A stretch of 64,000 nucleotides of DNA, from the NCBI GenBank assembly GCA_964106915.2, contig OZ066918.1, one strand, 5' to 3'. The position numbers and the translations under genes are program-made. Origin of the DNA: Podarcis gaigeae. Taxonomy: Eukaryota. Numbering within the stretch: the stretch's first letter is position 1; every line of letters starts with the position of its first letter. This document shows, one piece after another, positions 1 through 14,248 of this stretch. The notes under the pieces are model-generated. The model made no database searches, was not told the DNA's origin, and was given only the letters and a program-made list of their open reading frames with translations.

Positions 1-1956
1 CTCTGTGCCCCTCCCAATGTTGCTGGCCATTGCCATTCAAATGGTGTGTGTGTGCCATGTCATATGATTGATTATGCAGGGTGGGGTTTACCTGCCTCCC
101 AGAATTTTATTTAAGTTGGCACCCCTGTCCCCCCCATGTGTTTTGAAGAATCCCCCTACCCTCCAGAGTGGATTTGGGGGTGGGACATGTAGGGAAAGGA
201 GAAGGAGAGGTAGCCCCACTGTGCAGGCATTAGTCCTTGCATTAATAGGATGACTTTGAATTTAATGCTTAATCATATGTATCTGGTATATGAGGACATA
301 TCTGGAAGAAATAATATCCAAGGAAGAGTTGCCTCAGATTTCAGAGTGCAAAAGCTGTAGTCAGACACTTGAAGGTGATAGATTCCACAGAGAGCAGTGA
401 TTTAATTAGCTGCCACCTGAATCAGACCGTTAGTAGGTCAGACTTCATCCAAGAGTACAAACTTATTTTTCTGACCCAAAATCACGTGTGCCATAATATA
501 CCTTTTTATTAGTGCTTCAGCTCCTTTTGAACTCCATTTCTACAAGGCTTCTTATCATGTGTGTTGCCTGTCTAGTTACATATTTTGAGGTTAGGCCAAG
601 TACAGTATGCTTTTAACATGAGTCTGAACCAGTCTTATCACATGCAGGGTATTGCATCAGCCCACGCAAAGAAGCCAGCCAACCTCCATTGTCCCTGCAT
701 GTTCACATGGAGACAGAAGATCTTCATACATCCAGTACACCTAGACCAAACTCATATGATCAATCCCATGGAAATAATCTGGAATAGACCATGTAGTGTG
801 TAGGCTACACACAAATGTTTACTATACTTGGTTTACTCAAAAATGCAATTGGAGAGGCAACACACAAAAATGGTAAACACATGTTCCCCTCCATGAAGTG
901 GACCAGATCATAAGTCCAGTCCAGTGTCATTGGGGTCAAGTGGATCCTGATTCCTCTCGAGCCAAGTTTTAGTGGACCCTCATTTTCTATCTCTACCTGT
1001 CCGCTGAATTACATAGGCCCCAGTTTCAGACATGAGCCTAGTAGAATTGTTCCTGAGTCTTCAGTGATGCAGCAAGCTGGGGTGGGAAGCCACTCGGAAA
1101 TGCACTTTGAAGTGAAGGCAACGCCTTTACCTTCCTTCCATCTGATGTCACAAATTATGCCAGGGGTGGGGCAGATGGACATGGTTTAGGGAAAACTATA
1201 TTGTGAGCTAAATTAGGGCGCCCCTGCCTGGTCTCATTAGGTCCATGGGCCAGAGGTCCCCCGGCCCTGCTGTGAGGCTGCCGAAATGTGATGATGTCAT
1301 CATCAGTTGATAGCACAAATACCTCTATGAATGTGAAACACAACCTGCTGCATTGTTGAAAGCTTCTGAATTTGTGATAGAACTGACCAGTCTAGTAAAT
1401 CTGAGTTCCATTCCATTTTGGCTTGGTTCCACCATTAGGACTATAGTAGAATTTGAAAGCTTCTCTAGGGTTTATATTAAATCAGAAATGTCTTGACTGT
1501 ATAAAACTATGAAATTCACTGAGCTACAGCCATTTCTCTTTCTAACCAGGAGCCAAAGTAAGCATTAGCAAGCCTCAACTCAGGTGATTCTTGCTTCCTA
1601 TTTTATTAATAGTAATTAATAATAATTACTTATTAAGCAATAATAGAGTTAGAACCTATTCCCCTTCATCCGTGGGAGCATGTCCCCCCTTATCTTACTG
1701 GGGTGAACAATGCTTTGATTTCCTTCACATGAGTTGAGCTAATGCCTCGTCAGTGACACTTAACTTTGACGTGAACAAGTTTATTATTAAAATCTTGTCG
1801 ACGTTGTGCTTTTATTTACAGAACCACTTCTGAATGAAGCTAAACATGCTTTTCTACTTCCACCTCATTCAATCTGTTCTCATTGGGGTTCCAATTTTCA
1901 ACCCTGAGACAAGGAATCATGTTTCTGATATACTCTCATTGCTTGGTCTCTTCTAG

Positions 1957-2046
1957 GTGGTGAAGGCATGCAATGAAGGTGTTAGGAAGATGAGCCGTAC
2001 AGAACAGATGATCAGCATCCAGAAAATGCTAGAATTTAAGATCAAG
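1957..2046 (+). CDS. NGEF: NGEF exon (DH C-terminus)
   Basis: ttctag|GTG..AAG|gtaaac; [30 protein letters not shown]. Confidence 0.93.
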
Positions 2047-5000
2047 GTAAACATGTAGGCTAAGTCCTAAGGAGAGGAACAGATATATGTTACAGGGCAA
2101 AATCATTGATGAATTTAGCAAAACGGTTGCCCCTAATGATTATATTAAACAATCACTGGTCTAATTTAGTCAGTCCTAGCTTTGGTACCCTTTTTTAATG
2201 CAAGTCAGGGTTCAGTCTGCCTGGCTGCTTTACCAAGTTGCCTGGCTACCCATGTTTCCTGCTCCACTGACTGGATCATGCAGAATGCGTGCAGTGATTA
2301 TGCGTGCTGAGCCATTCCTAGTCACTTGTATTATTTCTAACTCAGTGCTGACTAATATAGCTCTGTGGAGCTCTCCTCCAGCTCCTTTATCTCTTTTTTA
2401 TTTGTATAATTTTCTTACGAGTGCTGCAGGCCAGCTGTGTGGTGTGAATTTTGTTTAAATTAACCTAAAGAGGCTCTTGAGGCAAGATATGTCAAAACAT
2501 ATCCCACTCGTCATTATTGTCCTTTTGCTTAGAATGAGACTTCAAAGTTTCCAATGGATAATTTAATTTCCTTTGATGATCTGCAACAACCATGTATTTT
2601 GTTCTCATTATATACATCTTCAGAGAGCCAACTTTTAATGTTACTTTTATTAAGTATTTCACAGGTTAATAGGAGGAAAAGGGGGGAATATGAGCATGCC
2701 AAAAAGTTATAACTTTTTCAATAAAGAAAAGACAACATGCAGTTGGCTGCTGTTGTTAAACTTCTCATTGCTGTGTTGAACAAACACTATCCACAAAATT
2801 ATCTATTTGGCATTACTCCCTGAGCCTGATATAATTTGTAATTTTGGCAATCTCGGCTATTCGCAGATCCTCTTTAAATAGATTTTAAGCCAAGGAGTGA
2901 CAGCTTTTTTGAAATTCACTGCTAAACTAATTTTGGCTATGCACAGATGATTTGTAGTAAGTTCTGGGTCACATCTCTGTCTTTCCCTTCAGGTCATACT
3001 GGGTCTAATAGTGTTTCATATACTTTAATTCATATCTTTTTAGTTGAATCTTCTCTTCCAGTACCTTGCCTGATAGATACTGCTAAATAGGAACGAAGTC
3101 GTATTCTTCTCTTTATATATGAACAAAGTCCTCTGCAATAAAGCCAGACTTTGACAAAAACCACTTTCTCATATTTTGGTATCTTAAAGGGATGCTAAAT
3201 ACTGCTGATCAACATTTTACATTTTCCCCCCCAGTTGACAGACACAAATTAATTTTAAGAGAACATTGACAGTTGCTGGAAACCCCAGGAGAGGATAGTG
3301 CTCTTGTTTTTATGGTTTCCCCACTGGCATCTGTTTGGCCGCTGTGAGAACAGGATACTGGAGTCGATGGGCAGGCTCTTATTAGGTTCTACCTGGATCC
3401 ATAGCTTCTGTATAGTCTATTTTTAAAGCTTTCCTTTGCAGTGAATTCAGAGGGATTGCCATAAGATGCTATGTTGCAGTGCTTCTGATTATTATTTTAT
3501 TTCCTTCGTTAGTCTGTGCCCATCATCTCTCACTCCCGTTGGCTGCTAAAGCAGGGAGAACTGCAGCAAATGAATGGCCCCAAAACATCACGTACCCTCC
3601 GCACAAAGAAACTCTTCAGAGAAGTCTACTTGTTCCTCTTCAATGATTTGCTAGTGCTCTGCAGACAAATATCTAGGTGAGTTTGAAACAGAGAGGAACA
3701 GAATTTGAGCTGTACTATGTTTATTCAGCCTCAGTTGGCTCAGTCTCAATCCTGCCAGAGATAGTTTCTGATTGTTAATTTAATCTATTGATGTGCTGCC
3801 CAAGCAGCTGTAGACGGATTTTCAGCACTCATAGTAAAGAATTAAGCAAAGGCGGGTGTTTATTCTGTTGTTCTGGGTTTTTAAAATAGACAATTCTTTA
3901 CCTTTGCGTCCCGTTCCCCCTTCAAATTGTTAGGACTAAAGCAGGGGTGAAGAGCTTGTGACTCTGCAAAGGCTGTTGGTCTCAGCCAGCAGGGACACTG
4001 TTCAGGGTTGATGTCCAGCAACATCTGGAGATCACATGTTCCTCATCTGTAGAATAAAGATACGATGCATTCTGTCCTTGAGAAGAGAAAACTTGCATCA
4101 GAGGAGGGTCGTGAGGGAAGTGTGAGCCTAACTTTCCCCCTTCTAATCACTTCATGTTTGTAAAAAAGAAAAAGGACCATGGAACACTGGCAGGAGGTTG
4201 AACAGCTGGCTTGGGGAAAGTTTCAGAAGGAAGTATATGACTCAAGAAGAGTTAACCCCTCCTTTCTCTGCTGTCCTTTTTCAGATGCAAATAATCTCTT
4301 GCAGAGCATGCTTAGCAAGATTTTGTTATCCCAGATAACAGTTTCAGGTGTAGTTTACTCCTTCGACACTAAGCCATACATTCTTCAGAAAGAATATTTT
4401 GCCTATGAGAAATGTAGTCACCTATTTCTCTGCCCCATCTTTTAGGCCCTGCTTTATACCCCAGCCTAGGCTATAACTAGTGCTTCTGACACCTTTCTTT
4501 TCTCTCTCAGTGACAAATATCAGGTGTTTGACTCTGCACCCCGAGGACTTCTACGGGTGGAGGAGCTGGAAGACCAAGGGCAGAGCTTGGCGAATGTCTT
4601 CATCCTGAGACTGCTGGAAAATGCAGATGACCGCGAAGTCAGCTACATGCTAAAGGCATCATCACAGTAAGCATAACGAGGCAATATCTGGAAAAATTGT
4701 AGATTGTGCGCATGATCCCATTGCAGTTTCTTACAATAGATTCTGAACTATTCTTGCTCTTGGGATGAACTTACCTATCTTTATAAGCTGGCACAGGTAT
4801 TGTTCAATAGGCATCACGTTTGATGGAGACTGTCTTCTAAATGACAGTATTGATTGTGAGTTCACTTAACCCCTTGTCAACATCCTGCGTAGCTCTGTCT
4901 TGTGCAACGCTTTTGGGTAATTTGTTTCCTACCACAATTCTTTACTTATTCTTTACTTACTGATGATTCTGTCATATGGTCTGCTTCATTGGCTGCTTGT

Positions 5001-8000
5001 GTACGGGAAATGCAGTCTCCAGTCCCTCCCACAGAACTAGAATGAATTTGCCCTCCCTACTGCAGACAAAGAGGGAAAGGCAGGCTGATGTCAAAGGAGG
5101 CTTCTTGTTTGTCCTATGAACTCATACTGTAGCCGTGAACAAAATATTCACGCCTCCACACACACTCCAGTGGTGGAGAAAACACCCAAGGGAAAGAATA
5201 TATTGAAACACCCAAAGACTGAATTCTGGCCGATTGAACTAATGGCAAAAATATCGCCCCAGGTATGTTGACCATAGAAATCTGCTCCAAAACTGCATTT
5301 GAATTCTGCCTTCCCTCAACTCTGTCCTCATTTTGTCCTGTATGAATGACAATTTGTAGATTATTAAATGCATGGACCCCAGGAAATACTGCAGTATGTT
5401 TTCAAGTAATCCTATAGGAATATAAAACTGCCTATGTGCTAAGCACAATAAATGTTACGTACATAAAATATATCATTTTGGAAGGTACAGAAGCTTAGAA
5501 ACAGATGGTAGTAACTATCTTGTTAGCTGCCCTGAGATCTTTTGATGAAGGACGGTATGTAAATATAATTAATAATAATAATATCCATCCTCCCAGTGTG
5601 CAGATGGCATATTCAAATGGGTTCATCCTTCATACTGTTACCCCAAATCCTGCATGATGCAAAACTTTGTATTTCTTTCCAGCACTACTTCTTTGCAAAA
5701 TTTCACACCTAGCAGTGCGGGAAGCATTGTTTCTGCTCCAAATTAAGCATGTTGCTAACGATAGATTAAGAAAAGTTGGCACTCGAAGTGTTCTTTCTAG
5801 TCCAACACCCATTTGAGCAGAGAATTTATTCAGTTAACGTGCATTACTGACAAACTGTTGCAGATGGAGGACATGGGAAATAGGAGAAAATATTTCTTCC
5901 TTTTGTTGTAAAAACCTTGTCCCCCGCTCCCTTCCTGGTTCCCTGGAGTAAGCGACAAAGACAACCACAACCTCAGCTGCTTAAACCCGGAAGTGCCTGG
6001 CTTGAGCAGAGAAGCAGCAGCAAAAGCTATCCAGCCTACGCAATGATTCCAGTAGACTGAAGAAGTTGCTGCATGCTCCCCCCCCCCACACTTTTTTTGA
6101 CCCTAGAGCTTCTCTTTAACTGAGAGAATGAACAAGGAACGTGGTGTGACGTTAACATATGAGAGTGCCGGAGGTGAAATAGTTAAACAGGTTACCCAAT
6201 CAGAACCCAGGGGGGTGGAGTCAGAGGGACTATAAAACCAGCTCTGGGAGGGGCGAAGGGAGGAGTTCGTGGGGAGTTGGGTGGTTGGTTGGAGTGGGAG
6301 TGAATTGGGATAGAGTCTGTGGGTAGGTTGAGTTAGTGTAGCTGAGTCAGGAACTGTTAGGGGCTAGGAAGACAAGTAAATATCTGAGAGGTGGTTTAGT
6401 GAGTGAGAGCAGGTAGCGGAAGTTATAGGTCTGGATAGGCACCCCATGAATGTAATTGACCGATACCATTTATGAAACCACACGCTTGTTAAACTGAAAT
6501 AAATAAACAGAAGTTTATGTTCCAATTTAACCCTGACTGGACTCAGTATTGTACCAGGTAGGGCCTGGGTGGTGGCAGCGAGAAATAAAGTGGTGGCACA
6601 GGGATCAATACACAGTGAAACGTCAGGGGACCCTGTGTGATTGCTACAGATGGCTTCACCCCTTGAGCTCAAATTTCATGACTCCAAAAGAACATGGAGA
6701 ACATATTCCTTTCACTTTTGTCCACAAAGCTATTACTGGAAAGGGTATTTGGCTCAGGAAACCCTGCAGTCACTGAGACTAGCCAGAGACCCCAAACCTA
6801 TCGTTCTTTAAACTGCAAAAAGGGAGACAAAGAAGGGGGTTAAACTGGGCTCTTTCTTCCCAGACCCCTGTTCTTCTCAGGGACATAAGCATCCCAGATC
6901 TCCCATATCATATCCACTTTAACCCTAAGAAAGGGAATGACTGTTCCAGGCATTTATAGAAAATAATACATGAAAAACGAAGGTGAAAAATGGGATAGAG
7001 GAATGAGTCTTCTGTCAAGGGATTCTGAAACATGGCTGAGCTCTTTCAGTAGAGTTCATGGATTTGCCTTGAACTCCTTATTGTCTTAGCTTGTGCATGA
7101 CTTTCTAACCAGTGAGTGGGAGAACATGAGTCAGGATGCGTGAATGAGTGACACTTAATTGACTTAGCTGACAGGAAAGGGAGAGAGAACACATGGATTT
7201 TACCATTAAAGTAGGGGCAGGGGCAGTAAGACAGAAATGCAGGAATGGCACAGAATGCAGAAAGTGGATTTATTTGTCCTTTATGTTTGTAAATTTTTGC
7301 AAGTCACTTGTAAACTCCTATGTGTCAAGTCAGATTCCACGGACCCTTTCCAAATTACATGGAAAACACTGGTTGCCGCTCTCTCTCCTGTTTTATTCCC
7401 AATGCAGAAGTGAAATGAAGCGCTGGATGATCTTGCTGGCTCCGAATCGGCGAACCAAGTTTGTTTCCTTTACATCCAGGCTCATGGGTAAGGAGGGCAA
7501 GGGGGAAAGGAGGGAATGATAGAAAGTTGTCATCCAGATGGATTGTAAGAGCACATCACTGCTCTTGGTTAGGTTCTAGCAATGTCAGTTCTAGGATGCA
7601 AAGGCAGATCAGGTCCTAATTACAGAACAAAATTCCATTCTAAGCTTCATTTTTAAATTGTGTGTCCTGAAGCAAATTTTTGTGAAGCCGAGAAGTCAGC
7701 TTCATATCCCTTTACGGAAAGGTTCAGTAAGAGATTACATACCCTTTTCTTGTCTACAGAATTTTATGCAACATCACTGTTCCATATCTGTCTGCTGCCC
7801 AGTCATCTCAGTCCCCCATCAGTACCATTCCATGTTACACCCAAGCGCAAGAAGCTAATCTGAGATCCCTTCCTCTCTTGTATGAGATTCTATGCATTTC
7901 TCAAAACCTCTGACTGAGGATGTAACTGTCCCCAAGATCAGCCATTGCACTCGTTGGCCCATTGGTTGAATTATTTGCTGAGATGACACAGCCTAATTAG

Positions 8001-8991
8001 CTTACCATTTTTTCTCTAAGGTCTGTAGCTACAGTAATACAGGCAACAGAAATTATCAAGGTTATGCTACAGACTTTTGCTATTCTAAGGCCTTGACCAG
8101 AGAGCCAAAAGGCCTGGTCACTATATGCTACAGCAGCTGGGGACACACACAGACACACATTTTAGTAGCAGACTCCCTCCCATTTCTCCCTTATAGTATT
8201 CATAAAGGGTCCTGCAAACTAGTAATTTGCCTTTTCCACTTGCAGATTGCCCTCAAGTACAGTGTGTCCATCCTTATGTGGCTCAGCAGCCAGATGAGCT
8301 GTCGCTGGAACTGGCTGATGTACTTAACATCCTGGAAAAGACAGACGATGGTAAGAAGTGTCCATATTTGGGTTTTAATGCAGGCACAAATGCACAACAA
8401 AATCATAACAGGGGAACTGTGTAGGAAGCTAATATCTTGCAGCATTAAGGACTGATTGTACAGTATGTTCCAGCGCTCCTCAGATGGTGGTATATGACCT
8501 GTTAATTGGGTTGACAGGAAATGAATGAGGGCCAATGCATTTTTTTTTATTTTTCATACTCTCTTTTTCACTCGGATTGCCAAAGCATTGCGGTCCCAGT
8601 GAAGCAGAATTCTTATAAGCCTTTGTAAATTGCAACATCTGCTTCACACAGAAAATATTATGTAACCAGCTTCCCCTAATATATTCTGATATGATTGTTG
8701 TATAACTTCCCTTCTTGTACCAGTTTTGAACCTTGCTTGCATTAACTCATCGCTCCTTTACTGAGCTGCCACTATTATGCTTTCTCCACCCACAATCATC
8801 TTTTTTCAAAAAACCTAGGTTGGATATTTGGGGAGCGTTTGCATGATCAAGAGAGAGGTTGGTTCCCCAGCTCCATGGGTGAAGAGATTATGAACCCCAA
8901 GATTCGATCTCAAAACTTAAAGGAGTGCTTCCGGGTACACAAGACAGATGACAGTCAGCGGAGGAAGATGGGCAGCAGGAATAGACAATGA
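1957..8991 (+). CDS. NGEF: NGEF (ephexin-1, RhoGEF), 3' part: join(1957-2046,3513-3676,4511-4666,7408-7487,8246-8350,8819-8991); 5' exons lie upstream of the window
   Basis: Six GT-AG exons with matching phases total 768 nt (255 aa + TGA). They encode the DH end ([18 protein letters not shown]), PH domain, SH3 ([32 protein letters not shown]) and C-terminal GSRNRQ*. Convergent with SNORC, as in mammals. Confidence 0.95.
3513..3676 (+). CDS. NGEF: NGEF exon (PH start)
   Basis: ttag|TCT..AG|gtgagt; [34 protein letters not shown]. Confidence 0.93.
4511..4666 (+). CDS. NGEF: NGEF exon (PH)
   Basis: ctcag|T GAC..CA|gtaagc; [37 protein letters not shown]. Confidence 0.93.
5904..6648 (+). mobile_element. 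Probable solo LTR (Gypsy/ERV-like) in an NGEF intron
   Basis: TGT...ACA ends, TATAAAA at about 6231, AATAAA at about 6498 and 6584, G-rich interior. No clean TSD found. Confidence 0.5.
7408..7487 (+). CDS. NGEF: NGEF exon (PH end)
   Basis: tgcag|A AGT..G|gtaagg; [26 protein letters not shown]. Confidence 0.93.
8246..8350 (+). CDS. NGEF: NGEF exon (SH3)
   Basis: tgcag|AT TGC..G|gtaaga; [34 protein letters not shown]. Confidence 0.93.
8819..8991 (+). CDS. NGEF: NGEF last coding exon
   Basis: cctag|GT TGG..TGA; [38 protein letters not shown]. Confidence 0.93.
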
Positions 8992-9526
8992 TCACTGCAC
9001 ACAGTTCTGGGCAGTTGTATTTCAGAAACAAGGAATGTCAGATGCTGAGACAATGGAAGGTGGCACAAATATCATTTTTTTGTCAAGCAAGTCCTCCCTC
9101 CTCCAAGCTAATGAACTTCTTTGCATACTTGATGCATCATGGATAATATCTCTGAGGACAAACTTGAAAAGAGGTGAGGCTGCCGTGTGCCTGTACAGAA
9201 CTAGGAGCTGTAAAATGTAATTTCCTATTGTATTGCAAAGAGTGTAAATCTCTTAACTCTGCATGGTAAGGAAACAGTGAATGCTGATCAACTGGGGAAA
9301 AAAGTACAACAAGGCCCAAGAGGTTAGCAGCCTGATTCTTTAATATTCCATCAAGTGGCACAAGGTGTAGCATTTGATTTTCCAGTGTGCAATCCAGGCA
9401 CAGAGGAGCGCACCATCTTTGAAAGTGTGTACAGTATCGGTATCCACACTTCTACACTCAGGAAGTTTCTCCATAGGAACTGAGTTTGGAGTACCTAGAC
9501 AGGCAGATCAACTGGTATCCCTTATA

Positions 9527-9532
9527 AATAAA
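9527..9532 (+). terminator. Candidate NGEF poly(A) signal AATAAA
   Basis: First AATAAA I find after the stop codon, about 535 nt downstream, followed by GT/T-rich sequence. Confidence 0.45.
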
Positions 9533-11677
9533 CACATTGGTGATTCTTTAAATGCATTGGTGATTCTTTAACAGAGGTAAAAAAAATTAAAATTATAGCA
9601 GAGCATAGTCTTCTGTGCTACAAAATATTCCACAGAATTATTTACACTGTACTCTTGGGCTACCCTGTAGGAAACTGCAGAGGAGAATACTGACGTAGAG
9701 AAGCTGCATGGTTTCAAACAGGAGTGTGAGGCCTCTCCTAGCTCAAGGGCAGTATTGCTTCATGAGCAACTTCCAGGGGGCCATACAACAGGGATGAACA
9801 TGGCTATAGACAAAAGTGGGCCGAGCAAAAGCTGGGATGAACCTACATTCCAACTTTACAGAGGTCCCCTACACATGCTGCTCTCCAACCAGGCAAGGAA
9901 GAGGAATTATCGCAGTTGAACATTTCAAGTCAGGCAAAAGCAGTCAAGGGGGCCATAGCTGGTGAGAGCCCCAAGGGTACAGAGGTATTCCACACACCCA
10001 CACCCACACCTAAGCATGAGGTTCTCCATCCCTGACCTAAAAGAGGAAAGGACTGGAAATTCACTGTTTCTCATAGCCGTGCAATTCACCACCTGGACCC
10101 ATATCCTAAGTGCAAACTATAATAATTACTAGCACTGCAATCCTATAGATGTCATTTCAGGAGTAAGACCTATTGAGTTCAATGAGCCTTACTCCCAGGT
10201 AAGTGCATATAGGATTCCCATCTGACTGCATTTAAGTTTTACAACAAAGTTCTTTGAGAGAGAGCCAATGGTAGGTATCGTAAACTATGTCTAAATATTG
10301 AGAGGGTGGCTGAGTGGATAGTACAGACTTAGGCCCTGAACAAATGCACTGATGGTATCCCATAGTATTCACTACTCAGCTCTGTTGCACATACTAAGGA
10401 ATTTTTCATCGGGGGGGGGGGAGACAAAACAACAACAACAAGGAGTGGAGAATCAGCTCAAGGCATGCATGACATTCTATAGTCATGCTAAATCTGGAGA
10501 GCTAAAGAACTCAGCTAGGGCCAGCAAATTTCTGTGTAATTTCCCTGGTGTATATACAGACTCTGATAACAGTATTTCAAATAATATTTCTGTCCAGTTC
10601 AGAGAGTTTTGAATGAAATGCATCCTTGTCAATACAAGTGGATTAAACTGATTATGGACCAAATGCTCATTCAAAGAGGAACAGGGGCCACTAGGCAGCA
10701 ACAACAACAGGCTTGAGGGACAAGATGGCATGCTTTTGTACTAAATGTTGTCTGCAAAAGTTTTATTAAAGCAATAGGAAGGCCTGTTGCATGTCAGCTG
10801 GGCATTGATCCTCAGCTGTACACATGAACTCTATGTATAATACTTTCAAGCTGGTGTATATAAATGCTTACAAAGCCAGGAAATATCTTCTCCTTTGCTG
10901 CAAAAGTTACAACTGGCAACAAGATGCTTCTCTGGAAGGGGGAAGAGAAGATTCACAATAGAGAACATTTGACTAAGGACAATTAAAGAGTCAGCCATGA
11001 GACAGAGATCGAGAAATTAAAAGATTGTAAAGCACTTTGCATATTAAAAGTGTTACATAAATAATAACGGATAAGGAGTATTTATTTAATAGCAACGCTC
11101 CCCAATGCTCTGTGTTAAGAGGCTCCTTGCACAAGGGCTTCTGTACACTGCATTTTTCTTTTTCAAGCTAGTTCACAAGGTTATGAATGTATGAATCACT
11201 TGTTCTTATACTGTCTTTATACTGAGTCATGCTGCTCCACCCAGCTTTGTACTATCTGCTCAGATTGGTCACAGCTCCTCAAGGTCTCCTACATACCTGC
11301 CTTTCAGCTGAAAATGCCAGGGATTGGACCTAGGACCTTCTGCAAAACCTTTGATTCTGCTCAACTATTGCTGTGTTTTTTAAAAGATTGCCTTTCATCC
11401 CAAATGAGGCCTTCAAGGCAACTTGTGTAACTACATAAACTGAGAAATAAAGGTGCTATTTAGATTTATTCACAAAAAATGTAACAAAACAGTCTTCCCA
11501 CATCTTTTTGGCCCAGGTATATAATCACCATTTGCCCAATGGATAAAGGCAGCTGATAGAAAATGGCAAAGCAGCCAAGGACACGTACCTTGTCAACTTC
11601 TATTGGGAACACTTTTGAACCTCTTTCAGCTCTTACTTACATGCAACTAACTTAATTTAAAGTCAATCCAATGTGGT

Positions 11678-11832
11678 GGAGACCAGGGTTCAAATCCCCA
11701 CTCTGCCATGAAGCTCACCAGTCACTGCCTCTCAGCCTAACCTACCTCACAGGGGTGTTCTGGATATTAAACGAGAAGGTGGTGAAACCTTGCGCTCCTT
11801 GGAGAAGTGGTAGGCTAGAAATGCAATAAAAT
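11678..11832 (+). mobile_element. tRNA-derived SINE (Squam/MIR-like)
   Basis: B-box GGTTCAAATCCC, core ctcagcctaacctacctcacagg, A-rich tail. Confidence 0.7.
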
Positions 11833-14003
11833 ACATAACATTTAAGGCAATGATAGTAACTAACATTCCTGATCATTTAGTCATGCACAGCTTTCACTTG
11901 CACTGTTCAGCCATGCCCCTAGCATTACACTATTGCCAGAAATTGAGATTTTTTTACAAATGAATTGTTAACACCCACAGCCAGGGAGTAGCATATTGAA
12001 CTGTACAAGACTAAGGTTACCCGATAGCTGAGTTATGGAAAGCAATAAGCTCCTGGCATTCACCAGACTTAACCAATCCTGCTAATTTAACAAAACGTCT
12101 CAGAGAAACGCAAAAGCAGATTGCTGTAATTTTGAGTGCCGAGTTACATAGTGTACCAATTAACTTCCTCCAGTTACCAGAATTAGGTAGCTTGCTGTAT
12201 TTTTACACATAAGCATAGACCTTGGGATCGCAGGCCATTATGACACCACCAGAATGAAATGTAGGAGAGGGAGGTAATATTTTTTTCTTACTATGAAAAC
12301 AGAAATGGCCAAACAAGCAGCTTTCAGTACTTTGATTTCTCCAGCAGCTAGCTCTCACCTACTTCACCCTGTAGTCATAAACATGAATGTACTAACTAAC
12401 CACATGCACATACTGTCCACAGATTTAATTACATTGTATGGGAACGTGGCTTATTTTCCAAATCCGCTTCTTACATTCAGACCTTTAAAATAATATTTTA
12501 TTGAAGCACAAGTGTACATATTGCAACATGACAAAACAAAGGTGGGTTAGCACATAACACATACAAATGACTGCAGCCACAAGTATTTCTAGACTAGAAT
12601 GCAACATAATTACATTATAATCTTTCCAAAAGAATAAATACGATGATGGAAAAAGAATCCCTGGCACATATTTATTGACTTGAGAGATGAAAAGAAACCA
12701 TGTTTTGAAGGAATCTCTTTAACTGCCCTCTCCTGCTGGTCTATTTTGATACATTAACATTTTCAGTTCTATGGATTCAGTTCTGGATTGAACATCTAGA
12801 GAAGCTTTTCCAGTATCTAGGAGCCTTCATTCTAGTCATGTAAACAGAATAGGATGATCTCCTTGTAGAGAAGCTGCTGCTAATCCTCTCAATATAATAC
12901 AGGAAGAACTACTAACTTTTGAGTCAATCAGGGTTATCTATATGTACAATGTGCAATGTATAATCCCCAAAACCTCTTTGCAGAATGTTTTAACAGCTTT
13001 ACGTGTCTACATGTTTATTGGAGAATTTCTTTCCTTGCATCACTCTTTATTAATGGATGGAGATGGATGGGGGTAAGACAACAACTCTATTCAGCTCGTT
13101 AACAAAGGGCTGTGGAATCACACCTTTAGCCCGGCCCCCTTGTTGTACTTGTTCCTTCTGGCTTCGCACATGATCATAGCAAATGTGGTGGCGCAGGCTG
13201 TACTTATGCAGGCTGAAGGCAGGGCCACACAGGCGCTTTGTACTTGAATAACAACTGAACAGGGCTCTATATATGAGCTTCAATAAAGCTGAGCTGGACC
13301 TGAGCAGCTGCTTGGTCCCTCCAGAAGACCAATGATGTTCCGCCTTTTCAAATCCAATTGCTGTCTGCCATTGGGCTGGTTTGTTTTTTTAAAAAAAATA
13401 CACTCTATATAAACAAACATAGATTAAACAATAGACAATATATTTTGCTACCAAAAAAGCAAGAGCCATCCATGCATTTTTCCTCTTGTAACCTAAAAGC
13501 CATTCCTGCCAGTGTCATATAGTTCCTGAATTCTTAGCTATGTAGAAAATGAAATAGTGCCAAGCATCTCAAAAGTCATTGTTTAGCCCCTGGCCTCTCT
13601 GATTTGCTTCATTCTTTTTCTTTTCTTTTCTTTTTTGGCAATGCCTGCTTGCCAAATATAACCATACCATTTATTCAGGTGAAAATCCTCACTGGTTTTC
13701 CATGGACATCCAACAGCTTACCTGTCTGCCATCATAAAAAAACAAACAAACACAGTAATTTGCTTTGTTGTTAATTTTTTTTGCTAAGGTTGATCTAGTT
13801 GAGGCAACATGTTCCTCAGCCACCCCTGTACTACATATTTGTATCTAAGTAAGTAGAGGTGCCTGCTTAACACAAACAGGAGTCAATGCAGGAGGCTTTT
13901 TAATCTTGCTTCCCCCACCTCCCTCAAATATTATATCCAGGTCATACTAATAAGGCTTGTTGGTGGCATGAGCCATTAAACGAAAGCCAGAGCAAACAGG
14001 GTA

Positions 14004-14248
14004 CAGTGGACACTCGGGTTGCGAACGTTATCCGTGCGGGAGGCACATTTGCAACCTGCAGCGCTGCATTTGTGCACGCACGGGTCACAATTTGGCATTT
14101 CTGCACATGCGCAAAGTGCGATTTAGTGCTTCTGCGCATGCGCGAGCACCGAAACCTGGAAGTAACCTGTTCTGGTACTTCCGGGTTCGGCGCGGTGTGC
14201 AACCCAAAAACACGCAACCTGAAGCGCTTGTAACTTGAGGTATGACTG
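14004..14248. mobile_element. Tc1/mariner/pogo-type MITE
   Basis: TA|CAGTGGACACTCGGGTTGCG...TAACTTGAGGTATGACTG|TA; imperfect TIRs, TA TSD, CpG-rich. Confidence 0.8.

Noticed and set aside
1-1956. An additional NGEF DH exon
   Set aside because: No matching coding sequence found; the preceding exon must lie upstream of the window
11678-11720. tRNA gene (B-box GGTTCAAATCCC)
   Set aside because: Part of a SINE head; no cloverleaf structure
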